From positions 558,001 to 622,000 of the forward strand of contig JAPDFW010000055.1 in the NCBI GenBank assembly GCA_028826165.1: DNA of 64,000 bases. The letters are read 5' to 3'. Below, in pieces: positions 52,370-64,000 of the stretch; within the stretch, counting starts at the first letter, position 1, and each line of letters starts with the position of its first letter. Under the pieces are notes generated by a model, which made no database searches, had not been told where the DNA came from, and saw only the letters and a program-made list of their open reading frames with translations. Both the position numbers and the translations under genes were made by a program. This stretch comes from Anaeramoeba ignava BMAN. Its lineage: Eukaryota > Protista > Anaeramoebae.

Positions 52370-53930
52370 TTTCCAATTTACAATTTTCAATTCAATTTAC
52401 AATTTAAAATCAATAATTCTTTTCAATTCAATTTATAATTTAAAATCAATAATTCTTTTTAATTCAATTCTTTTTAATTCAATTTATAATTTAAAATTAA
52501 TAATTCTTTTTAATTCAATTTACAATTTAAAATTAATAATTCTTTTTAATTTAATTTATAATTTTAAATAATTCTTTTAATTCAATTTACAATTTAAAAT
52601 CAATAATTCTTTTTAAAATTAATAAAATTCTTTTTAATTTAATTTACAATTTAAAATTAATAATTTTAAAAATCAATAATTCTTTTCAATTTAATTTACA
52701 ATTTAAAATCAATAATTCTTTTAATTCAATTTATAATTTAAAATTAATATCTTTTTAATTTAATTTTAATTTAAAATTAATTCTTTTTAATTTAACAATT
52801 TAAAATTAATAATTCTTTTTAATTCAATTTACAATTTAAAATTAATAATTCTTTTTAATTTAATTTATAATTTAAAATTAATAATTCTTTTTAATTCAAT
52901 TTGAATTTAAAATTAATAATTCTTTTTAATTCAATTTATAATTTAAAATCAATAATTCTTTTTCAATTTAATTTATAATTTAAAATTAATAATTCTTTTT
53001 AATTCAATTTACAATTTAAAATTAATAATTCTTTTTAATTTAATTTATAATTTAAAATTAATAATTCTTTTTAATTTAATTTACAATTTAAAATTAATAA
53101 TTCTTTTTAATTCAATTTACAATTCAAAATTAATAATTCTTTTTAATTTAATTTAAATCAATAATTCTTTTCAATTCAATTTATAATTTAAAATCAATAA
53201 TTCTTTTCAATTCAATTTATAATTTAAAATCAATAATTCTTTTTAATTCAATTTACAATTTAAAATTAATAATTCTTTTTAATTTAATTTATAATTTAAA
53301 ATTAATAATTCTTTTCAATTTAATTTATAATTTAAAATTAATAATTCTTTTTAATTCAATTTACAATTTAAAATCAATAATTCTTTTTCAATTCAATTTA
53401 TAATTTAAAATTAATAATTCTTTTTAATTTAATTTATAATTTAAAATTAATAATTCTTTTTAATTTAATTTATAATTTAAAATTAATAATTCTTTTTAAT
53501 TTAATTTATAATTTAAAATCAATAATTCTTTTTAATTCAATTTATAATTTAAAATTAATAATTCTTTTTAATTTAATTTATAATTCAAAATCAATAATTC
53601 TTTTTAATTTAATTTACAATTTAAAATTAATAATTCTTTTTAATTCAATTTATAATTTAAAATTAATAATTCTTTTTAATTCAATTTATAATTTAAAATT
53701 AATAATTCTTTTCAATTTAATTTATAATTTAAAATTAATAATTCTTTTCAATTTAATTTTTATAATTTTTTAAAATTTATAATTTAAAATTAATAATTCT
53801 TTTTAATTCAATTTACAATTTAAAATCAATAATTCTTTTCAATTTAATTTATAATTTAAAATTAATAATTCTTTTTAATTCAATTTACAATTTAAAATCA
53901 ATTATTCTTTTCAATTCAATTTACAATTTA
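52370..53930. repeat. Tandem array of a 36-bp unit (AATTCTTTTTAATTCAATTTACAATTTAAAATTAAT), roughly 40+ copies
   Basis: Period measured between 52991 and 53027; variation mostly at a few C/T or C/A positions; no spacers. Confidence 0.9.
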
Positions 53931-54042
53931 ATAAAAACAAAATTCAAACAAAAATTTTTTTTAATTTTTTTTATTTTTCATTTTTTATTTTTCAAAAATA
54001 AATAAAAAATAAAAGTTTAAATTAAAAAAAATTAAATTAAAA

Positions 54043-56974
54043 ATGAATCAAGAAAATCAAAATCAAAATCAAAATCAAAATCAAAATCAAAATCAAAATC
54101 AAAATCAAAATCAAAATCAAAATCAAAATCAAAATCAAAATCAAAAGTAAAAAAATAAACAAAAAAAACAAAAAATAAAAAAAATTTTTTTTTCTTTTTA
54201 TTTCTTTATTAAATTAAAATTTAATTTATTTTAAACATTAAATCAATTCAAAAAACAAACAAAAAACACAAAAAAAAAAACAAAACAAATTTATTTTTAT
54301 TTTTAAATTATTTATTTTTTAATAATAATAAAAAAAACAGAAATCAAAATCAAAATCAAAATCAAAATCAAAATCAAAATCAAAATCAAAATCAAAATCA
54401 AAATCAAAATCAAAATCAAAATCAAAATCAATTTCAAAATGTAAGAAATTCAAGAAATTCAAAAAATCAAAAAGAAATCAAAAACCAAAATCAAAATCAA
54501 AATCAAAATCAAAACCAAAGAAATCAAAAATCAAAATCAAAATCAAAATCAAAACCAAAATCAAAATCAATTTCAAAATCAAAATCAAAATCAAAATCAA
54601 AAAGAAAAATCAAAATCAAAACCAAAAGAAATCAAAGAAATCAAAAGAAATTCAAAATCAAAATCGAAGAAATCCAAATCAAAATCAAAGAAATCCAAAT
54701 CGAAGTCCAAATAAAAGTCCAAATCAAAGAAATCAAAATCAAAATCAAAATCAAAATCAAAATCAAAATCAAAATCAAAATCAAAATAAACCAAAAACAC
54801 AAAAAGAAATTGCTCAAAAAGAATTTCGAAATTTTACATTTGAACTTCATAATGGATTAAGAAATAATGATATACCAAAATTAAATGATCTTTATAATAT
54901 TAAAGTTGTTGAATTATCAAAAATACAAGTTAGTTTATGGCCAAATACTCAAGAAATTCTTCAATTTATTCATAATATTTCTCAAAGTATATTTATTTAT
55001 TAAAATTAAAATTAAAATTAAAATTAAAAATTAAAATTAAAATTAAAATTAAAATTAAAATTAAAATTTATTAAAATTTAAAATTAAAATTAAAATTAAT
55101 ATTTAAAATTAAAATTAAAATTAAAAATAAAATTAATATTAAAATTAAAATTAAAATTAAAAATAAAAATTAAAATTAAAATTAAAATTCAAGACAAAAA
55201 ACAACCACAAGAAACACATGAACTTCTTCCACTTTTATATCAAGAATTATATTACCGATATATCTTTTCTAAAGAAAAACCATCATTAGAATATTATGTT
55301 AAATCATATTTAAATTATGAAGAATTATTTGAAAAAGTAAAACAACCACAAAATAAAAGAAGTATAAATTTACCGATAAATTGGTGTTGGGATATTATTG
55401 ATGAATTCATTTATCAATTTCAAAGCTTTTCAATTTTTACAAATCAATTAAAATATCCAAGAGATAAAAATGAAATTAATGAATTAACAACCAAATATAA
55501 AGATATTTGGAATCCAAGAAATGTTTTGAAAAGATTACAAAATCTTAGTCAAATATCTAAATTTGATGAATTACAAAATCCAGAAAAATTCAAAATTGAA
55601 AATTTATTAGGATATTTTTCAATGATTGGACAAATTTTAATTAATACACAAATTGGAGATTATAATCTTGCATTACAATATGCTAAAAATTTCAATTTAT
55701 TTGAAAGAGATTTTTATACAAGAGTATTAAGATGTAGTATGAGTTTACATTATAATGTTGGATTTTGCTATTTAATGACAAATCAATTTGTAAATGGAAT
55801 TAAACATTTTGCATCAATTTTAAGTTATTTTTCAAGAGTTAAACAAAATGATTTATTAGAATTTCAACAAGAAGCAATAATGAAAAAAGTCGATCAAATG
55901 TATTCATTACTTGCAATATGTTGGGTATTTGGATCAGATAAATTTTCTAAAATACCTGATATAATATTAGAAAATTTAGAATCAAAACATTCATCACAAA
56001 TTACAAGAATTAAGAATGGGTAAATATTAAATATTAATAATTAAAAATTAAAATTAAAAATTAGAATTAAAATTAATATTAAAATTAAAATTAAAATTAA
56101 AATTAAAATTAAAATTAAAATTAAAATTAAAATTAAAATTAAAAATTAAAATTAAAATTAAAAATTAAAATTAAAATTAAAATTAAAATTAAAAATCAAA
56201 ATTAAAATTAAAATTAAAATTAAAAATCAAAATTAAAATTAAAAATTAAAAATTAAAATTAAAATTAAAATTAAAATTAAAATTAAAATTAAAATTAAAA
56301 TTAAAATTAAAATTAAAAATTAAAATTAAAATTAAAATTAAAATTAAAATTAAAAATAAAAATTAAAAAAATTAAAATTAAAAATTAAAATTAAAATTAA
56401 ATTAAAATTAAAATTAAAAATTAAAAATTATATTTAAAATCAAAATTAAAATTAAAATTTAAATTAAAATTAAAATTATATTTAAAATAAAATAGAGAAG
56501 AAAGCATTAATTGAATTATTTTCATTATCACAAAAACAACAATATTTTAAAAAGCACAATTTTTAAAAGAAAACATGATTAAAAAGAAAATTATCAAATC
56601 AAATTGAATTATTTAAAAACAAAATGAGACCACATCTTGAAGCATTAAAACTTAAAAGAAATCTTGAAATGTATCAAAAAATGTTGAAATTTCTAAATTA
56701 GCAAAAAAACACAAACAAAAATGAAAAGAAAATTATTGAAGAATTATTATTATTAAAATCAAGAATTTTAGAAATTAATTTATATAAAAACAAAAATGAA
56801 AAAAATGAAAAAAATGAAGAAGAAGAAGAAATTAATAAATTAGATCAAGGTATTCAATTTTTAATTGAAAAACAAACAGTTAAAATTGAAGAAATCAAAA
56901 ATCAAAAGAAAATTGGAGCATATTTTATTTACCAAATTTCAAATTTATCAGATTTAAAACTTAATCAAATTTAA
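54043..56974 (+). CDS. EIF3L: Eukaryotic translation initiation factor 3 subunit L, multi-exon, NQ-rich N-terminus; last exon partly frameshifted
   Basis: LYQELYYRYIF..PSLE..SYLNY..LF, LPINWCWDIIDEFIYQFQSF, LGYFSMIG..GDYNLAL, YNVGFCYLM, DQMYSLLAI. Confidence 0.9.
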
Positions 56975-57141
56975 AATCAAAATTAAAATCAAAATCAAAA
57001 TTAAAATTAAAATCAAAATCAAAATCAAAATTAAAATAAAAATTAAAATAAAAATTAGAAGAAAAATTAGAAGAAAAAGCATTAAAATTTCATTTTTTTT
57101 TATTAAAAGGTTTTGGAAAAAATATCAAAAAAAAATTGAAT

Positions 57142-60100
57142 TTAAATTTGATTTGAATTTAAATTTGAATTTAAATTTGAATTTTGATTTAAATTTTGAG
57201 AAACAAATAAAGAAGAATTTGATTCAATTAATTCAATTTCATTTTTAAATTTTGATTTATTTTCTTCTGAAATTTCTTCACACCATAAATTTAAAGGTAA
57301 ACCTCCTTGTTTTTCATTTCTTTGATATTTTATATTCTTTTCTGAATCAAAATCAAATATATCAGCAACTCGACTTGAAACAATTTCAACAACATTTTTA
57401 AGAAATTGTGGTTCTTGTTTTGCTTTTTTAAGAAAATTTTCTTCATTTTCTAAAGATGAAAGTAATTGAATTTTTAAATCAATATCTAAATCTCCTAAAT
57501 TTTTTAAAACATCATCAATAAATTCTTCATCTAAAAGAAACATATCTTGCTTTAAAGAATTTAAAAATTGTCTAAATTTTTTAAAATCAAAATTTAAATA
57601 TTAATTTAAATATTTATTTAAAAATTGATTTAAACATTAATTTAAATATTGATTTAAATACTAATTTAAAAATTAATTTTAATATTAATATAAATATAAA
57701 TTTAAATATTAATTTAAATATTAATTTAAATATTAATTTAAATATTAATTTAAATATTGATTTTTAAATATTAATTTAAATATTTAATTTAAATATTAAA
57801 GAATTTAAAACGACAAAAATGATTTTATATATTATTTTAAAATTTTATATAATAAATTTCTTGTATTTTAAATATTTAAATATAAATATTAATTTAAAAG
57901 GCATTTGTTGATTTATTTATTGATTAAAAATTATAATTTAAAAATCTTTTGTTGATTTTAAATATGTTTGATTTTTTAAATCATTTGTTTTAAATAATAT
58001 ATATATTGATTTAAATATTCAATTTAAATATTAATTTAAATATTAATATAAATATTTATTTTAAATATTTTTATATATTTTTGATTTAAATATTCAATTT
58101 AAATATTAATTTAAATATTAATTTAAATATTAATTTAAATATTGATTTAAATATTGATTTAAATATTTATTTAAATAAAGATTTAAAAATTTTTAAATAT
58201 TAATATAAATATTAATTTAAATATTAATTTTAAACATTAATTTAAATATTAATTTTATACTTTCATTAATTTAAATATTAATTTTAAATATTAATTTAAA
58301 TATTTTACAATTTAAATATTTTATATAAAATATTAATTTAAATATTCATATAAAATATTAATTTGAAATATTAATTTAAATATTGATTTAAATATTAATT
58401 TAAATATTGACGCCAAAATATAAATTTTAAATATTTGATTTATATATTAATTTAAATATTAATTTAAATATTCATTTAAATATTAATTTAAACATAAATT
58501 TAAATATGGAATTTTTAAATATTTTTAAATATGAAATTTTTAAATATTGATTTAAATATTAATTTAAACATTAATTTTTTAATTTAAATATTAATTTTAA
58601 ATATTGAATTTTAAATATTAATTTAAATATTAATTTTATATATTTTTTAAATTTAATTTTAAATTTAATTTTAAATATTGATTTAAATATTCATTTAAAT
58701 ATTGATTTTAAATATTAATTTAAACATTAATTTAAATATTTATTTAAATATTAATTTAAACATTGATTTAAATATAAATTTAAATATTTTATATAAATAT
58801 TAATTTCTACAGTCGATCTTGAGAAAGAATTCCTAAACGACAAAAATGATAATGAAAATTTTCAGGAAATGGATAATAAAGTTCTTGTATTGCAATATAT
58901 AAATTCCTTAATACATAAAAGGCATTTTGTTGATATTTTTCAAGTGTAAAATTATGTTCTAAATCTTTTGTTGATTTTTCTTGTTGATTTTGATTATCAT
59001 CTGTTGTTGTTGTAAAAGTGGAATCAAAACTATTTTGTTCATTAATATTAACAAAATCATCATCCAAACTATTTTCTGCATTTGATTTATCTACTTGAGT
59101 TTTATTTTTAGATGAATTTTTTTTTGCATTTCTTTTTGGAATGGGTTTGACAATATATTTTTTTGCAAATTCATTTCTTTGTTCCAAAATGACTTTTTTA
59201 ATAATTTTCCGACTTGGTTGTTTAATTTCGTTTTCCATTGATAAAGACTGCAAATTTTTCCAACTTTTGATATTTGTAATCTCATAATTTTTGCCTTGAA
59301 TTTGGACACTTAATAAAACACTTTTCAAAACTGAAAATAATGAATTAACTGAATCATTCATACAATTTAAAAAAATATTAATCAATTTGATCACAAATAT
59401 TTTTTGATTCCTTGTTCTTATTGGGAAATATTGCATAATATGGTCTGAAATAATTCTTGCAATCATTTTTCTTTGATTTAAAATTTGATGTCCTGGCCAA
59501 AAATAATTTTTATCTTCTATAAATTGATCAAATAAATCATCACCTTCCTTTTTTTTCTTGTTTGGTGTATCTTCAAATTCATTCACAAGAGCAATATATG
59601 GAATTTTTCGAAATTTTAAATATGAAAATCTTTTACAAGGTTTGAATCCTATTTTTGAATTTGTTGATTCTTGGATTTGAATTTTACGAATATTTAAATC
59701 ATGACTTGTTTGGATTCCTTTTTTAAGTTTTTTAACCTATGAATATAAATTTTGATTTAATTTTTGATTTAATTTTGATTTTGATTTAATTTTGATTTAA
59801 TTTTGATTTAATTTTAATTTAAATTTGATTTAAATTTGATTTAAATTTGATTTAAATTTGATTTAATTTTGATTTAATTTTGATTTAATTTTGATTTAAT
59901 TTTGATTTAATTTTGATTTAAATTTTAATTTAAATTTGATTTAAATTTGATTTAAATTTGATTTAATTTTGATTTAATTTTGATTTTGATTTAATTTTGA
60001 TTTAATTTTGATTTAATTTTGATTTTGATTTGGATTTAAAATTGATTTAATTTTGATTTAAATTTAAATTTAATTTTGATTTAATTTTGATTTAATTTTG

Positions 60101-62978
60101 ATTAAAATTGATTTAATTTTAATTTAATTTTGATTTAATTTTGATTTAATTTTGATTTAAATTTAATTTAATTTTGATTTAAATTTGATTTAATTTTGAT
60201 TTAATTTTGATTTAATTTTGATTTGATTTTGATTTAATTTTGATTTAAATTTTAATTTAAAATTGATTTAATTTTGATTTAATTTAAAAATTTGAATTTT
60301 TTATACAATAGACTGATAAGATAATATGGAAGTAACAGGAAATGCTTGAATAAGATTATTTGCAAATTCTCTTAAATTAGATTCAAATTTATAATTTCGA
60401 AAATTAAGATAAGTATTTCCAATGAGATATTCCTGAAAAAATTCAGGTGTTAAAGCTTGTGGAAAATTTCCAGATAAATGATAAATTAAATGATTAACAC
60501 GAAATGGTTCCATCATATGCATTACTAAAATATGTAATGTTGGTATTGAAAATTTCATCATTTTTGGGCTTGTAAAAATATGATAAATTCCATTAGTATC
60601 AATTCTATAACGAAATGCTGTTTCATTTTTGTTATCAATTAAACAATTTCCTTTTGATATCATTATTTTTCAAATTTCAAATTATAAATTATAAAAAAAA
60701 GGTTTAATTTTTCAATAAATTTGTTTCCAAAAAATGATTTTCCAAAAATCAACCTTGTTTTTTAAGAGTTTCTGTTGAATCATGTGCAAGAAATACTATT
60801 TTCGAAATATTAGGAATACATTCATTATCATCTTCATTATTTGAATCTCCTAAAGGTGTTGCATTTTCATTTCCTGTTTAAATTTAAATTTAAATTTAAT
60901 TTTATAAATGAATATTAATATCATCAATAATTACCAAAAAAACGAAGAGAATCACAAGTTTCATGAATTTTAGCACAATCAACAAATTGAATAAATTTTC
61001 CAGGAATGTAAATAAGAAGAAGTTCGCAAACAGATCCAAAAAAAACTCTTATATCTTTTAATTTTTCTTGTGAAATTCCTGATAAAGGTATTTCAATTTC
61101 TAATTTTTCTTGGCGATGTAATACCCAAATAATAACCAAAATGAAAGGAACATTATGAGTTGGAAACATAATAATTTGTTGACATAAACAAAAAGCAGAC
61201 TATATGATTTCAATTTAAATATTTTATTTAAATATTAATTTAAATATTAATTTAAAATAATTTAAAATATTTAAATATTAATTTAAATATCAATTTAAAT
61301 ATTTGATTTAAATATTTGATTTAAATATTTGATTTAAATATTAATTTAAATATTCAATTTAAAATATTGATTTAAAATATTCAATTTAAATATTTAATTT
61401 AAATTTGGATTGAAATATTAAATTTAAAATAATTTAAATATTAATTTAAATATTTGATTTTAATATTAATTTAAATATTAATTTTAAAATAATTGAAATA
61501 TTAATTTAAATATTAATTTAAAATAATTTAAATATTAATTTAAAATAATTTAAATATTAATATTTTGTTAAATGATAATAGATTAATTAATCTGAAAGCT
61601 AACATGAGAGAGTTGAATAATTTCAAAATTTAAGTTTGAATCAGGTGAAGTATAACCATGTGTATAAATATGATGTGTATAAATATTTTGATTTGATTCT
61701 TGCCCAAGATGATCAATTTTGATTGGGTATTCAAGAAGTATTTGAGAATTTTTCGAATTAAATGACACACAAGTTAATATGTATTCAGATCCACTTCTTT
61801 TCTTAATATAAAATAAATTTCTTGCAACAGAATCAAATTCATACCATAAAAAGTTCTTACAAACCAAATAAGATTGTGAAATTTTGGAAATAATTTTCTA
61901 AATTTAATTTTGAATTTTGAATTTTGAATTTTAATTTTGAATTTTGAATTTGAATTTTAAATTGTAATAGCACTTTATGAAGCTTTTTTTTATTGGCTAA
62001 ACTGATCTTTATCACTTCAATTTGAAATTTATCTTGAATAAATAATAAAGAATCATGATTTGAACTAAAATCATTTTTTAAAAACTAATTTGATCCATTT
62101 GAATTTATTTTTGACAAATTAGAAATTAATTTGAATTAAAAATAAATGGTAAATGAAATATTTACAATTGCTTTTTGGAAAATTTGTGATTTATTTCCAA
62201 TTTCTTTAAGATTATTATCATTTTTAAGTTCAACAATAAATGTTTGATAATAAGCTAAAAAAAAAATATTTAATTTTTAAATTGAAAATTTTAAATGGAA
62301 ATTTTTAAATGGATTTTTCAAAAATTTAATACAAATATCTTCATTTTCTTCACGAATTGTAAAAAATTTTGTGAAAGCTAAATTTTGATTAATTTTGAAT
62401 TGAAAAAATTTTCAAAAAGATTTAGTTTATTTATATTTTTATTTTTATTTTGATTTTTTAATTGATTTAAAATCAAACCTAATAATGTTTCATTGTGATT
62501 TAAAGAAGCTCCAACACAATAAATTTTTTCAGAATGCTGATAAATGCATTTGCGAATATAAAAAGAAATGTTATATAAATCTATTGAAGTTTTCATTTTT
62601 AAATCCTATTTTTGTAATTAATTTTTTTGGTAAATTATTTTGGATTAAAATTTTGTAATTGATTTTTAATTAAATTTGAAAAAGTTTTTTTTTTTTTCAT
62701 CAACAAACTTTATCATAACAATCTCTTGAAACTAATATTTGTGTTTGTGAGTTTTTTTGGTGTTTATTTTCTTGTCCAACAACAATTAAATGTTTAACAA
62801 TATTTCCAGAAATTTGATGAATTTTTTGAGAAGGAAAAATATTTTTTTTTGCTTTTTCTTCTTTATTTTTATTTTTATTCTTATTTTGTTTTATTTTATC
62901 TAAAGAATCTTTTGGAATTTCTGGAACAACTTCTTCTAAATTATCTGAAAGAGAAAATAATCGATTAACACGAATCAT
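57142..62978 (-). CDS. GSAP: Gamma-secretase-activating protein (GSAP/pigeon)-like, multi-exon
   Basis: VGASLNHNETLL, FLWYEFD...NLFYI, LLLIYIPGKFIQFVD, YPFPENFHYHFCRLG resemble GSAP blocks in the expected order; GT-AG junctions. Confidence 0.65.
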
Positions 62979-63177
62979 TTTTGAAATAATGAAAGAAAGA
63001 AAAGAAAGAAAAAATGTGAAAAAAAAAATGAATTTTGAAAATAAAAAAAACTAAAAAAATTTTTTGATTTGATTTTTATTTTAATTCTAATTTTAATTTT
63101 GATTTTAATTTTGATTTTGATTTTAATTTTGATTTTGATTTTAATTTTGATTTTAATTTTAATTTTAATTTTTAATT

Positions 63178-63680
63178 TTAAATTTTATTAAGTTTTAAAT
63201 CTGATAAATTTGAAATTTGGTAAATAAAATATGCTCCAATTTTCTTTTGATTTTTAATTTCTTCAATTTTAACTGTTTGTTTTTCAATTAAAAATTGAAT
63301 ACCTTGATCTAATTTATTAATTTCTTCTTCTTCTTCATTTTTTTCATTTTTTTCATTTTTGTTTTTATATAAATTAATTTCTAAAATTCTTGATTTTAAT
63401 AATAATAATTCTTCAATAATTTTCTTTTCATTTTTGTTTGTGTTTTTTGCTAATTTAGAAATTTCAAATATTTTGATACATTTCAAGATTTCTTTTAAGT
63501 TTTAATGCTTCAAGATGTGGTCTCATTTTGTTTTTAAATAATTCAATTTGATTTGATAATTTTCTTTTAATCATGTTTTTAAAATTTTTTAAAATTGTGC
63601 TTGATAATGAAATATTCAATTGCTTCTTTTTTTATTTTGATAATGAAAATAATTCAATTTTTAATGCTTTTTATTTTTAA
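63178..63680 (-). other. Inverted near-identical copy of the eIF3L last exon (either the end of a second eIF3L gene extending beyond the window, or a duplicated fragment)
   Basis: Reverse complement matches ~56495-56974 (KKIIEELLLLKSRILEINLYKNK...YQISNLSDLKLN). Confidence 0.85.
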
Positions 63681-64000
63681 TTTTATTTTATTTTAAAATA
63701 TAATTTTAATTTTTAAATTTTAATTTTAATTTTAATTTTAATAATTTTAATTATAATTTTAATTTTAATTTTAATTTTTAATTTTATTTTTATTTTTAAT
63801 TTTAATTTTAAATTTTTAATTTTAATTTCTAATTTTAATTTTTATAATTTTAATTTTAATTTTAATTTTAATTTTAATTTTAATTTTAATTTTAAATTTT
63901 AATTTTAATTTTAATTTTAATTTTTAATTTTAATTTTAATTTTAAATTTTAATTTTAATTTTTAATTTTAATTTTTAATTTTTAATTTTAATTTTAATTT

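Noticed and set aside
52370-53930. CRISPR array (36-bp repeats next to an RT)
   Set aside because: Repeats are head-to-tail with no unique spacers, there are no cas genes, and the context is eukaryotic

Overview
Extremely AT-rich, intron-dense eukaryotic DNA. Nearly every intron and intergenic gap is filled with A/T micro- or minisatellites. The expanded RCC1-BTB and BTB-BACK-TLDc families and the NQNQ/ENEN protein tracts resemble the anaerobic metamonad Anaeramoeba; this is an inference. I reconstructed about 21 protein-coding loci by reading exons and GT-AG junctions: four RCC1-BTB paralogs, two BTB-BACK-TLDc, ankyrin, prefoldin 4, an ARM-repeat gene, EDC4/Varicose, RFC3, an orphan 4-TM protein, Trm8/METTL1, an SH3BGR-like glutaredoxin, V-ATPase c, Brr2/SNRNP200, AVL9, eIF3L and GSAP/pigeon. 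The standout is an intronless, non-mobile rvt-type cellular reverse transcriptase (49425-52368). It carries Gly/Tyr/Phe-rich C-terminal inserts and is followed directly by a ~1.5 kb array of a 36-bp repeat seen nowhere else in the window. Other notable signals: frequent AAG 3' splice sites preceded by A-tracts instead of polypyrimidine tracts; microsatellite polarity that tracks transcription direction; a GC-rich, intron-free 3.9 kb terminal exon in Brr2; inverted copies of the eIF3L last exon flanking GSAP; and a decayed ghost copy of an exon inside the neighbouring intron. Several single-base frameshifts in A-runs of essential genes suggest consensus errors in the assembly.
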